From Neoconidiobolus thromboides FSU 785 (taxonomy: Eukaryota; Fungi; Entomophthoromycota): a stretch of DNA of 64,000 bases. Of the stretch, positions 1-12,243 are shown piece after piece; within the stretch, counting starts at the first letter, position 1; every line of letters starts with the position of its first letter. The DNA lies in NCBI GenBank assembly GCA_025603075.1, contig MU626323.1, positions 1-64,000 of the forward strand. Reading direction: 5' to 3'. The translations under genes were made by a program, and so were the position numbers. Below the pieces are notes generated by a model. The model was given only the letters and a program-made list of their open reading frames with translations. It was not told where the DNA came from and ran no database searches.

Positions 1-335
1 GTTAAATCAACACTGTTAAATTAGATGTATGATTAAATACTAATGAATAATTTCTTACGAAGTAGAATAACTCAAGTTTCTAGATCATTTAAATCGATAG
101 ATACTTCATTTAATTCATATGCACATAAACATTGAATATGTAACATTCTTAATAAACTCTCAAATAAGGTATTTCTTCATCATCGCTAAATTTAATTATA
201 ACTCTTCTAAATTTGAAGGTAAATGAAATGAAATGAAGGATTATTGATAATATAAAACAATCATCCAAATCATCAATTTCTAAATAAAGTAAATCTTACA
301 ACAACTCTTTATTTGAGTCTTAATTTTATATTCTT
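1..335 (-). pseudogene. Decayed LRR (F-box/RNI-like) gene relic
   Basis: Minus-strand fragments such as LPSNLEEL*LNL and LLYLEIDDLDD, broken by stops and frameshifts. Confidence 0.3.
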
Positions 336-347
336 CAACTAACATAT

Positions 348-445
348 GGGAATGTATTTATGTGTTTAAGAGTTTTACTAATAATTTTTCCACTCAAATA
401 GCGCTTAAAAGATGGAAAAGTAATGAAGCCAAAAAAAACACCCCC
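348..445 (+). mobile_element. MITE (GGGG..CCCC family) copy 1
   Basis: GGGAATGTATTT...AAACACCCCC flanked by ATAT at 344-347 and 446-449. Confidence 0.85.
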
Positions 446-449
446 ATAT

Positions 450-529
450 GGGAATGTATTTTTTGTTTAAAAATTCTACTAATCTTTCCACTTAAATAGC
501 GTTAAAAATGGAAAAGTAATGAAATCAAA
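450..529 (+). mobile_element. MITE copy 2, 3'-truncated, tandem to copy 1
   Basis: Begins right after the ATAT shared with copy 1; same internal sequence; right TIR missing. Confidence 0.75.
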
Positions 530-806
530 TGCTATAAAGAGCACCAATGAAAACTAGCTTGTTTTTAAACTAAATAATAATGACTAATAACAATGGTCAA
601 TAACTTCAAACTTCAGAGCTTGAAGCTATTTATCATCATATATATACTATCCCATCTCTCCGATAAGGATAAAGCTAATTTTCTTGTGTTTTACAAAGCA
701 TGAAACAACGCGATAATGCCTATTTTATTGGAGGATATGGGTTTAAATTGTCATTACAATGGCAAAGAAGAAACAATAAAACCTCCTAAAAGTATAGTCA
801 TTATAT

Positions 807-905
807 GGGAATGTATTCTTTTATTTAATAGCTTTACTAACAATCCTTTCGCTCAAATGGCGCTTAAAAAATGGAGAAAATAATGAAACCAAAAAAAACA
901 TTCCC
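807..905 (+). mobile_element. MITE copy 3
   Basis: GGGAATGT...ACATTCCC with ATAT on both sides. Confidence 0.85.
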
Positions 906-1029
906 ATATTAAACAATCAGATTTTAGAGGTTATTCAAAATCATCTAATCATCCCTTCTTATATCCAAATGATAAAATTTTTTTATCGTATTTGAATACT
1001 TATGTTAAACATATAGTTTATTTAAAAAC

Positions 1030-2120
1030 ATTCCATTAATATGTCTTTATTATTTTAGTCATACTGATAATAGTAAAATCAAAGAAGGTACAGGTGCAGA
1101 TGGATTTTATGACGGAATATTTCAAAATTTAAGGTAATCGAATATTGAATTTTTAGGCAAACATTTTACAAATGCAGTAGTATCATACTTACAATCAATT
1201 ATTACTTTTATAAGCATTAGAACTATTCTTAATAATAATCATATGAGGTATTTTTAAAACCTGTTAAATAGATTTAATAATTTAACTATACTAAAATTTA
1301 ACTATTATGATTTTAAATTAATAATTTTTAATAATTTTTTAAATAAATAATTTACACAATCAGAAGGATTACACATTGAACAAGTAGCTACAGGACTTGT
1401 ATATATAGGAACCATGCATAAATCCAGATAATTATCGAAAACTTGAATATTTGTATTTTTTTAGATATTATACTCTGATACCTAATGGGGAATCAAATTT
1501 AAAGGGATTGATATTACCCTAACTAAAACAACTATAAGAAATAAAACCTTTCTAAAGTTAAAATTATTAAAGTTGGATTGTCGTTGTGGCATTGAACTTA
1601 AATGTCTATATAAATTCCCAATACACCAACAGCCACTTTTTTGGTTTAAGAAATTATGAAAAGTCAAATTATGAAAATCCAATTGGTAAATAATGACTAT
1701 ATGAAATATCAATAAATGATATGTTTATATTTCTAAATAAAGAGGTATACCCAAAAAACAGTAACAGCACAATTAAGTTAAGCATTGGGAGCGTATATAT
1801 TATTAGTGGTCCTTTTAATCTCATATATATATCATGCCTTAACTTATATAGCCTTGTATTAATTGACTGCCACTTTTATGCCATAGAATATTAAAAGACT
1901 CCAGTTTAACTAATGTAACATTTAAAGATTTTAAAGGCTCATATTTGGTTAATTTTATGGTTTAGTTTAATGCATCTTAGAAGCTTAAAAGTTGTAAGGT
2001 TTATAGATCCAAGAGGTATGGATTTTTGTTCAAATATAAAAACAATTTCAGGTTATTTTCCTATTGAAGATTAAGCTATCATATTCTAATTACTGCTAGA
2101 CGCTCTATTTTAATGTTAAG
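1030..2120 (+). pseudogene. Decayed coding relic, LRR-like
   Basis: Interrupted protein-like frames (PDNYRKLEYLYFLDII, MHLRSLKVVRF) with many stops; family call is weak. Confidence 0.25.
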
Positions 2121-2801
2121 AAATTCTAGTTAGTTTTATTATGTAGCAAAAACAAAGCTGTATTAAGCTGTTTTTAGCCTTTTGATTAATTTTTCAACTT
2201 TTATTTAAAATTTTAAAATTTCAAAACACCCTTCATTCATTTAAGGTATTTTATACTCATGATATTTAAACTATCCACTTTTAATACAAAATTCATCACA
2301 AGCCATTTCTGTCCTTTTTTTGGCACTTATCTCATTACCCAACGCCTGAATAAATTTATAAAAAACACTTATACATCTCTTTAATATAATCTATCTCAGC
2401 TAGAAATAAAAAACTATTAATTAGAATATCTTTATTCTAGTAATCTTTCAGATCTCCCTTCTATTATCACTCTGATATTTTACTTTTTCTCTATCTTTTT
2501 TCTATCTTTTTTGATATTTTCTCTTCATTGAAATAATTAAAAATCATTGGCTCTTATGATTCTTTTTGAAAAAGATGTTTTCGAGCTGCTTTTTTACTTT
2601 CTAAGCTTAATACTTAAACATATTAGTTATGCTAGTTACTAAAAAGGCCTTCATAATGCAAATTTCAATTTTATATTAAACCATGGCTAAAAATGCTACA
2701 ATAATATGCTGTTAGCAGTTTTATGTAGGTTTAGTATCTATTGAATTTTTTATCTTGGTCATATACAATAAATTAGATAACTTATAATTCATCTAAAATA
2801 T

Positions 2802-2899
2802 GGGAGTGTTTTTTTTGACTTCATTATTTTTTCCATTTTTAAGCGCTATTTAAGCGGAAAATTTATTAGTAAAATTCTTAAACACAAAAATACATCCCC
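2802..2899 (-). mobile_element. MITE copy 4
   Basis: Reverse copy GGGAGTG...CATCCCC with ATAT on both sides. Confidence 0.9.
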
Positions 2900-3099
2900 A
2901 TATAATAGATTTACTTTTGACTTTTAAAAAAGTTGCTAATTTTTTATATAAATTAAAATCAAATATTCACCTTCTATTTTTACTAAAAAGATATTTGAGT
3001 GATAATACAATTAACCTAAAATTCGTTCATTTAATTGATTTATCATGTATATATTACAGCTATATGACATATTTATATTCTGATGCTTACTAACAAAGT

Positions 3100-4400
3100 A
3101 AAAGATAATATCAATAAGATTAGTCACTTTGCTATTTTACCCCTTTTAATATTTTAGCTTCTTGATTTAATATTAACCCTAACACTTCTAATCTTCCTGT
3201 TGAATATTTATTCAAAATACAAGCAGTATTATAACTCTTTTTGCATTTCATTTTTAAAGTAACAATGTACAACAGGTCTAATATTGAAAATTTAGAAGCA
3301 TATATGATAAAAGACATACTTTGCCATCTCAAAGATGGAGATAAAATCAACCTATTTTTATATTGTAAGAAATAAACAAATTAATAGTACTGATATTATG
3401 AGAATACATGCATCTATATGCTAATATTTATTGGGGTAAGAAAATGAAGGAATCTTTTGAAAAACATGGTCATTTTGTTAAATGTTTGGATTTTAGATCC
3501 TTCTCAGAATTCCTTATTTATCCTTCAATGTATCCAAATAGTAGGGGTCTCTCTACATATATTCAAATATTTGTTTGAAATATATAGAATATTTAAAAGG
3601 CATTTCAGTAGCATATCTTGAATATACGGCTGAAATTAGCAATAATACAGCTGAGAACTATATGCAAAAAAACAAAATTGATATTGAAAAACTAGTTAAC
3701 AATTTGAAATATATATCGGCTTAAAAAATTACACTCTTATTTCGCAACATCTATTAGTATCAATTTTGTCACCAATTGTCACTACATTATTAGTCAATGG
3801 CAATTATAATAATTAATTTCCTTGTTTTAAGAAATTGTGAGAAATCAAAAAATTGAAGATGCTTGAATCAAATAGCTTAGGGCTTAAATTGAAGGAACTT
3901 GAATACTTGATAAATGAATCGTAGATTCTCAAAATTAAAGATACTGTATTTTCAATATTTATGTATATAAGATTTAGAACAGTTATGGAAAATATACATG
4001 AATTCAGCTTACTATCCAAACCTTGAAATAATTTATAAGTTGATATTTAAAAAAGCTTCAATTTTAAAGAAATATCAATTGGTAATGTTTATCTAAATAA
4101 AACAGTAATAAGTAGCAGTATATTTTCAAAAGTAAACTAATTAACTTTAAATAGCTGTACCAAAGTTCTGTCCAAGTATTTATACTCAAACTTAATATCC
4201 CGTCAATTACTTATTTAGACTTAAGAATATTTGGCAGTTCATCCCTTTTGGTTAAGAAATTTATCTAAGAAAGAGTAATAACATAATAGCATTAGGAGTT
4301 GAAGATTTAACTTTAGGAAATAATTTTTTAAATTTTTTATACATTTTAAAAATAAAAAGTGTTAAATTTATAGGTTTTAAAGACATGAATCTACATGCAA
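3100..4400 (-). pseudogene. Decayed coding relic, possibly LRR-like
   Basis: Short Leu/Ile/Asn-rich ORF fragments (3132-3350, 3813-4019) with no intact gene. Confidence 0.2.
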
Positions 4401-5007
4401 CCCATAAGGATAACTCAAGGCTTCTGTTTAGTATATATTTATACTTTGTTGTTTATGGGTGAACGTTATAAAAAGGGGAAATGTCAATAGCTTATTTTTT
4501 GAAAACAAGGAGATGAACGGTTTATATTATTGGCTTCATTTTTGTCATTTTTTTAAACACAACTATATTAGTAGTTTCAGAGTATAAATATTTATTCAAG
4601 ATACTTTTTGAGATAGGCAAAAAAAATTAGGTCAATTTTTATTAACAACATTATTGATTTCTGTGTAAAACGATTTCTAAAATAAATAGTGTTAATGAAT
4701 AATTTATTTTAACTGATTTTCAGAGAACTAGTAATTTTGCGATAATTTTAAATTGAAATGCTATAATAAACTACATACAAATGTATGTATTAGTGATAGT
4801 GTTAAGCCTAGGATTAAGGCAAGGATTAGTATTTTGAAGAATTTAGAGTAATTTTCTTAATACCATAAAGAAGTTGGTTCTTAATCAGAAATCCAATTTT
4901 TTACCTATATATCCATTTACTCCCACTATATATTTGTAAGTTTGAGTAGAAAATTATAGAGTATTTTTTTAATGCGAAGTTAAGTTTATTTGTATCATAA
5001 GCTCTTA

Positions 5008-6401
5008 TCAATTTTCTGGAAGATAGCCAATACCACTATGATTCCAATCGTTTTTAGGAATATCCAATGCAGCAAATGCAGCAGGTTTAAAGAAGAACCC
5101 ATCCATTTCGCCAAATTCTTTTTGTAGTCCATGTAAGTTTCTAACTCCTTTGATAAGATGCTCATCTAAAGATTTAGCAGAACGAATAAAAATATCTGAC
5201 CATGAATTTTCACTATTCTTTCCTTCACCAATTTCTTCTGGGATTGAATAAGCTATCTCAGTAGGTTTAGGAGCCCCTTGGGTTAAGAAAATGATGGTTA
5301 AAGCGACAAAGTTAAGAGTAAGTAATAAGACTTTATCTTTGGGTTCCAAAATAGGCAAAAGAGTCCGTACAGCATGGTTTCCAGTTACACCATGTAATAA
5401 GAAGAAATCAAAAGTATTTTGACGATAAGATCCACCAAACATCTCAACAGTACCAATGCTTAAATCATTACTACGCTCTTCAATGTTGCTTACATTGACT
5501 CCAAATTTACTAGCTAATTTTGCTAAATCGCAGCCATTCTTTTTTACTACTAAATCAAGAGCATCAGAGAATAGCCCTTCCCTTTCTTGTTCATTAAGGG
5601 GTTTTACTCCCATATTTTTTAATTCTTCTAATATGAGATGCGCAGAATATGATTTGGGTTTCATCTTTTTAGAACCAGTAGCATTTATATCCATTTTGTT
5701 CAATTTTTGTTCAATATCTTCTATGCTTATTTCTTCTGGTTGAATAGAATTAATCACATCATCAAAGAACAGGTAATGACTATAAGCATAAGCTAGGCCT
5801 TCAGCTGCAACCATTGGATTGTCAAATTCTACAGCATATCCTAAATGAATCAAAGGATGTAGCGCATCTCCGACAAATCCTGGGAGAACTCTTGGGATAT
5901 ATTTTTTTAAAGCAGGAATAGTCCCCAATTTATTGACTTGATCATCAAAAAACTTCAAGTAAGAAGTGTATGCACTATAATTAAGTTAGATATATGGGGA
6001 AAAAATCAAAGAAAAAAATACTCTTTAATTGCTATATATTCTTCATAATTTTCAAGGTTTATATCATATTTATCTTCTGTTAATGGTTCAAGATAAATCA
6101 TTGCACTGCTGTAATATTGATCTAATATCTCAGGAGATGCTATTAAGATTATTATTAGCTATTACAGATTAAATTGATATTAAAAGCTACCTCCCATTTT
6201 ATAAAGTGAACAGATAGCATGTACTACATGGTTAGCTTTAAACCCTTCATAGATCATGTCATTATTGCGGTTTTCATCAATGATTTGATTCATTTTAATA
6301 AAGCTCTCATTTTGTGGTAAGAAAGGAGTAAACTTAGCTGATGTCTTTAAAGGGTTCACAGCTGTGTTAATATCTTTACTTGCTTCAACAGATGGCGACA
6401 T
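5008..6401 (-). CDS. Questin oxidase / AflY(HypA)/MdpL-family oxidoreductase (DUF4243), paralog A; 3 exons
   Basis: Motifs GFKANHVVHAICSLYKMGAS, LHPLIHLGYAVEF, DFFLLHGVT, DEHLIKG; two GT-AG introns splice in frame (..MG|ASPEILDQYY..IK|DAYTSYLKFF). Confidence 0.85.
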
Positions 6402-6583
6402 TTTTCAATTCTTTATATCTTTAACATGTCAAAATTAACTGAGTTTAAATACTTTTTTGAATACTTATTTTTATAACATGAAATATCATTATTAAAAACT
6501 GATTATCTTTACTATATCATCTATATCATTTTTTATTTTGTTTTTTTAAAACAGTCAAGTTTAAGCTATGACTGATAATATAT

Positions 6584-6680
6584 AGGAGTGTTTTTTTGAT
6601 TTCATTATTTTTTCCATTTTTAAGTGCTATCTAAGCGGAAAAACTGTTAGTAAAATTCTTAAACACAAAAATATATCCCC
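6584..6680 (-). mobile_element. MITE copy 5
   Basis: Reverse copy with ATAT flanks. Confidence 0.85.
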
Positions 6681-6715
6681 ATATAAAGTAAATAAGAATT
6701 CTGAAAAAAGTATAT

Positions 6716-6806
6716 GGGGGCGTATTTTTTAATAATTTTACTGACAATTTTTCCACTCGAATAGTGCTTAAAAAATGGAAAAAGTTATGAAATCAAAAAC
6801 ATCCCC
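6716..6806 (+). mobile_element. MITE copy 6
   Basis: GGGGGCGT...CATCCCC with ATAT flanks; inverted relative to copy 5, 35 bp away. Confidence 0.85.
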
Positions 6807-6910
6807 ATATAAAGCTTGGTAATATGCATTCATTATTGCCACATGCTATTTACCAATAACCATTATCATGGACCGAGGATGTTTTAGACTAAACAAAATA
6901 TTCTGACTGA

Positions 6911-7378
6911 TGTGAAATCTGGTACTCAGGGTTTGGAGTCAAGAACAGCTATTGCTGGGTTGACTACACTATAAGTCGAAAGGTCTTAGTTTATGTGACC
7001 AAGATAGACTTGGATTATGAGGAATAGCACGTAATAGGTTACAAGCTATATAAGACAAATAGAATAGACAATACTAATGTAGAATCTACGTAAAACACTA
7101 TTAAGAAAACTTATTGGCTTTATTAAAGATACAAGATATCAGGGAATAATTCAGTTAAAAAGCCTCGAACTACTATACTCTGTAAATTCTTTTATACTCT
7201 GAAAAGTATAAATATTAAAATGAGAAGATAATAAATATCCTTTGGGATGGAGCTAGAAATTCTCATAGCAAATCAAACTAAGAACATGGGATTGATTTTC
7301 TCTGAACTCAAGAACACAACAGCTTAGGCGATTGTTATGCTATAATTAACCATGGGACTGACAAAGCGATATTTCACA
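6911..7378. mobile_element. Solo LTR-like element (468 bp), copy 1
   Basis: Ends TGTGAAAT...ATTTCACA (8-bp inverted termini, TG..CA); 4-bp direct repeat CTGA on both sides; second copy at 57857-58321. Confidence 0.75.
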
Positions 7379-7769
7379 CTGAAGATAGTCCGAGTGATAG
7401 TATCTCGAAATAAAAGGTTTTAGGATCATATAAATGATTATCAATACTTATTAGCAATTATTTCATGTATTTTGTTTTAATTTTAGCCTATTTAAAGTAT
7501 AAGAATTTAAGATATTTGACATGACTAAAAACATTTTTTAAATTTTTACTTAAATACTATACTTCCCATATAGCTTTTAAGAAGTATAGCTAATAGTATC
7601 ATAACAACTTAGCTACCCAATTATATCATTTATTAGAATTCATAGTTTTTAAAAATAAAATAAAATGAAATGCTACACAAGATTTATTTTTTATTTTTTA
7701 TTTTTTATTTTTTAAACTAATATAAAAATGAGCAATAACTCTAAATTTAAAAAGTTGGGAAACCAAATG

Positions 7770-8950
7770 ACTAGAAAACCTTTACAATATCTCTCAAATA
7801 TAGATAATCTTAATATGTTCCATTGCTGTAAAAAAAGAAACAATAATAGTATTTACATTTTGAGAAGATGTCACTGCAGATTGTAATTATTATGACAAAT
7901 AAATGAAGAAAATAGTTCAAAAAATAGTCAATATACAAAATATTTGAATATTAATATAATTTCAAAATTGCTTATCTATATTTCAATGATCCTAAGCTAT
8001 ATAAAACTTTACCTGTATTTAGAGAAATATTAGAAAAAATTAGTTTAAAAACATCCAATTAATATATCTTACTATTTAAACCGAATTAATAATATACCAA
8101 CTGAGAAGTATATGATTTTGAATGGAATGCGTATTAAAGAAATGGTTTAAAATTGAAATATTTTCGAGTTTGAATAGTTGAATGATTGTTTTGCAAATTC
8201 GGTATTGCCATCTTTATCATCAACTGTTACCACACTATTGATGGATTATTGCCTTTATAAAGTAGGCTTATGCTTTAGGAGACTAATGAAAGAATTGTAT
8301 AATTTGAAAACACTCACATTAGACGGAATTCGAGTTCAATTAAGGAATTTTAATTTCTTATTAAATAGAAAGCTTATTCAACTAAATAAATCAAATATTG
8401 AATGTACACAAACAAGTACTTTAAAAAAGAAGATCTTAGATCCAAATAATCTCTAAAGTTTTAATCTCTTTATGTTACAGGGGATCCTATAATGACATTC
8501 CATAGTACACCCAACTTAAAGAAATTAATATTGTATGATGGCAGTGATTACTTACTTAAGCATAAAAGTCAAGTATAATGTTCTTCAATCAAAAAGACTT
8601 ATCCAAAAAATAGAGATAGTATAATAGCATTAAAGCCATAAGGGTTGTCTTTAAGGTTGGATTTTTTTCGATCTTTATCTACTTCATGTCTTAATTTATA
8701 TAGCCTTTATACTATTAGATTGCCAATTTCAAACCAATACGCTATTTCAAGTGAAAAGTTATAAGATATATCAATTTAGTAAATGTGAAGACAAAGAATA
8801 TCAAAACTTCAACTTAGGTCACTTTTATTGATTCTATTTTAATTCAGTTTAAAACGTCATTTAAATTAGTAAATCATAATAATTCTCAACAAGACATATA
8901 TTCGATCTTAAGTTTTATATGTACAGTTATCAATATAAAAGAGCTTAATT
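7770..8950 (+). pseudogene. Decayed LRR (F-box/RNI-like) gene
   Basis: LRR-like units LYNLKTLTLDGIR and TPNLKKLILYDG among stops and frameshifts. Confidence 0.4.
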
Positions 8951-9116
8951 GATTTATTTGGAAACTGTTTTGTTTTTAAACGCATTTTTCTAAAATCTAT
9001 TACTTAGAGCTTTTCGTTATAATTTTTTAGTATAAGCACTTACTTTTAAAAATGTCTTCATTTCTTAAAAACTCTAATTAATATAAAATGTCATTTCATT
9101 TCTGATTTTTTTCAAA

Positions 9117-10928
9117 ATGAATGAAAAAGGTATTCAAGAATAGTAAAAAAAAAGCAAAAATAATAGTATTTGTAAAAGATATCATAGTATTAAGTAGTGA
9201 TGATGATTCAATAAAAGAAATTCGATGTATCTACCGACCTAGCTATTTAGATGGAAAATTTTCATTAACCTATTTACAATATCATAATGATGGAGTTAAG
9301 TTTGAAGACTTAGTGAATAAAGTAAATAATGAATTAAAATGATTGAATTTAAATGTAAGTTATTAGAATCACCTTCAAAAAGGACTATTTTCAAGTTATG
9401 CTATGGATACCGGATGGTTATTAAGTAAATTACCCAAAGTTTGTTCCAAAATATTTGTTATACATAAGCCAAAGTCACGGGTAATTAAAGTCATTTGAAA
9501 TTTGAATTGGTATCTAATGTTTCAGGGTGAAGTTGGTAATCTAGATAAACAAACCTTAATAGTGACTCCTAAACTATACTTTGGCGTTATGCATGCTAAA
9601 CTTATGCTTTTATACTACCCTACTTTTTTAAGAGTTGTCATAGGATCCGCTAACTTGGTATTTTATTTAATACTTGAATATTAGTAGTTAATAATAAACA
9701 AGGTGGATTTCGATTGGAATTTGATAGAAAATGTAAGTTTATTTTAAATTACTAAATTATTATTTTATTATTATTTAGATTGTTTTTATTCAAGATTTTC
9801 CAAAATTAAATAGGGTAGATGGAATGAAAAATTCTGAAGCGAAAGCTGGGATAAATAACAATGATTCTAATTTGGATACCCTTTTTCTCAAAGATTTAAA
9901 AGAATTTCTAGTATCACTTCATGTCCCAAAAAATGTTTATAGCACTCTTGATGAATATGACTTTTCTTTAGTCAAGGTAAAATTAACTTTATTTAAAAAA
10001 CAGATTTTGACTATTCTATAGGTATCTTTAATCACCTCCTGTCCATTTCCGAAGAAAACGAATCAAGGATATAAACACCTTGTAGATAAGATACATCAAC
10101 ATTTTAAAGTAGACTCAATTATTGAAGGCGATGTGATGTATCAGGTAATAGCTTTAAAAATAGTTTCGGATATATCATTTATATAAAGACATCATCAATA
10201 GGGACTCTAACAACAAAATTTATAAACGGCTTTCTAGCTCAACTTTATCCAAATGCTACAAATAGTGACTTAAAAGTGATCTTTCCTAGTTCTGAAACAG
10301 TAGCTACTTCTTTATTGGGGACACAGGTAAGTACATAAAAGAGTTCAATGAGAAAAAGCTAATATAAATAGGGAGGTGGAACTATATTTTTTAATTTTAA
10401 AAAATATGAGGAATGTAAACAAAGTATTAAAAAATATTTTTATGATTCTATATCTTTAAGAGTTGGCTCACTAAGTCATTGTAAAGTAAGTTTAAATAAG
10501 TATTATATTATTTGTAGCTTATAATTGTAGACTATCTATGGAACACTAAAGCTTAGTAAGCAAAGCGGATCAAACGTAGTTAAAGCAGAAAGAGATGAAG
10601 CAAGTGGAGCTAAATCAGATGATGATGAAAATGAAGGATTTAAAACAGGTTCATGGTTTTATTGTGGAAGTCATAATTTTACAAATGCAGCGTGGTAAAT
10701 TTCAAACAATTGATTTATTTATAGACTAACATTTATTCAAGGGGGAATACAACTTCAGTTAAAGATCAAGGAGAAAAATTAATAAAAACAACCAATTATG
10801 AGTTAGGAGTAGTAGTCTGCTATGATAGCAATAATAAGAGTTCCCTAGCTCCTATAATTCCATATCTTACTCCTCCACCTGCTTATGATACTGATACAGA
10901 ACCATGGATTCAGAGTTCATTAAAATGA
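9117..10928 (+). CDS. TDP1: Tyrosyl-DNA phosphodiesterase 1 (multi-exon)
   Basis: SSYAMDTGWL, first catalytic motif MHAKLMLLYY..LRVVIGSANL, second motif SLSHCK, GSHNFTNAAWG, NYELGVV, C-terminal PY..PPPAY..DTEPW. Confidence 0.9.
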
Positions 10929-11250
10929 TAATTGTTTATTAAATAAAATAGCCTCTTAAATTAAATAACTTTATTGAACATGTTAGGTTTATTAAACGGA
11001 TTTGATAAAAAAGATAATAATAATACATGCCTTTTATTAAATATTTTAATTATTATTATTCGCTGTTAATTGGTATTTAATCTTATGAGTTGATAAGTTG
11101 AGAATTCTCCAAAAGTAATATTAGATAAAGTTATTTAATAATATTTTATAACTGAATTCAATTGATCAAATAAAGTCTTAAATCTAAAGAACTATTTATA
11201 GATATTCAATTTCTATAAATAGTTTTAATACTTAAATTATTTGAAATATC

Positions 11251-11326
11251 TTTAAAAATTTTACTAATAATTTTTGCAGTCAAATAATGCTTCAAATATG
11301 GAAAAAGTAATGAAATAAAAAACATT
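11251..11326 (+). mobile_element. Degenerate MITE fragment
   Basis: Matches the MITE interior (AAAATTTTACTAATAATTTT...GGAAAAAGTAATGAAA); TIRs eroded. Confidence 0.5.
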
Positions 11327-12243
11327 TTGTTTATTAAGTTAAAAGATAATAAAATAAAGTAAAGGTAATAAAAATGAAAGATTTAATAAAGATAGTATTT
11401 TAATTCCAAACCAAAATTGAATTTCACACAAATAACTCAAAAATCATAACAAATAATGGAATATTTTCAGTAAAGATTGAATAATAACTAAATATTAAAT
11501 CTAAAACAAAGAGCCTAAAAGACGGTATTGATTAATGGAATTTCAACTTAAATAAACAAATATGTTAATAAAAGAAACAAAATTTTAATAAAACTAGACA
11601 TATTAGTAAAAATCTATTCAAAGTTAAATCTTATCTTGTTTCAAACCAAACACCTAAATTTATTAATTTCTTTAAAATTAAGTACAAAAGTTTCTTCTTG
11701 AAATTGAAAAATTAGCCACTTATTCTATATTTAATAATTACTCAATTATTGTGATTAATAAATTACTCGATTTCTATTATTATTGAGTTTTAAGAAGTAA
11801 TCAGCGGTAATAAAATAGAAAATATTATATTTATAAATATAAGCTTATAGATCACGTAATGATATGGGGTGATGGGGTGAAGTTTAAAAAGGAAGAATTT
11901 TATTCAATAAAATGTTGAAAAATGATGCAAAATAAACGTGGAATTAGACTATCTCTTAAAGAATTATTTTTTAAGAAGAATACTATCTGATTGATTTAAA
12001 TTTGATCTTTGAATCTAAAATTCGAATTTCAAATAAATTGAATATTAAACATGTGGTTCAATACCACCAATCAATCTTCAAGGTTTAAAATTATAAACCC
12101 TGAACACTAATAAAGCTAATATCCGAAATATTTTCAAATACAAAATCAAAAAAACTAAATTAAAGTATATAAATACTAATAAAAAATATAAAAAAAGGAT
12201 AATCCTTTTTTAAAATAAAATAAAATTTATAATACTTCCAATT

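Noticed and set aside
1080-1450. LINE reverse-transcriptase-like words (GTGADGF, PDNYRK)
   Set aside because: Spacing is too long for the GPDG..NYRPI motif pair and no other RT motifs are visible.
5008-6401. Recent bacterial horizontal transfer of the questin-oxidase genes
   Set aside because: They have conserved spliceosomal introns and host-like composition; an ancient transfer cannot be judged without a phylogeny.
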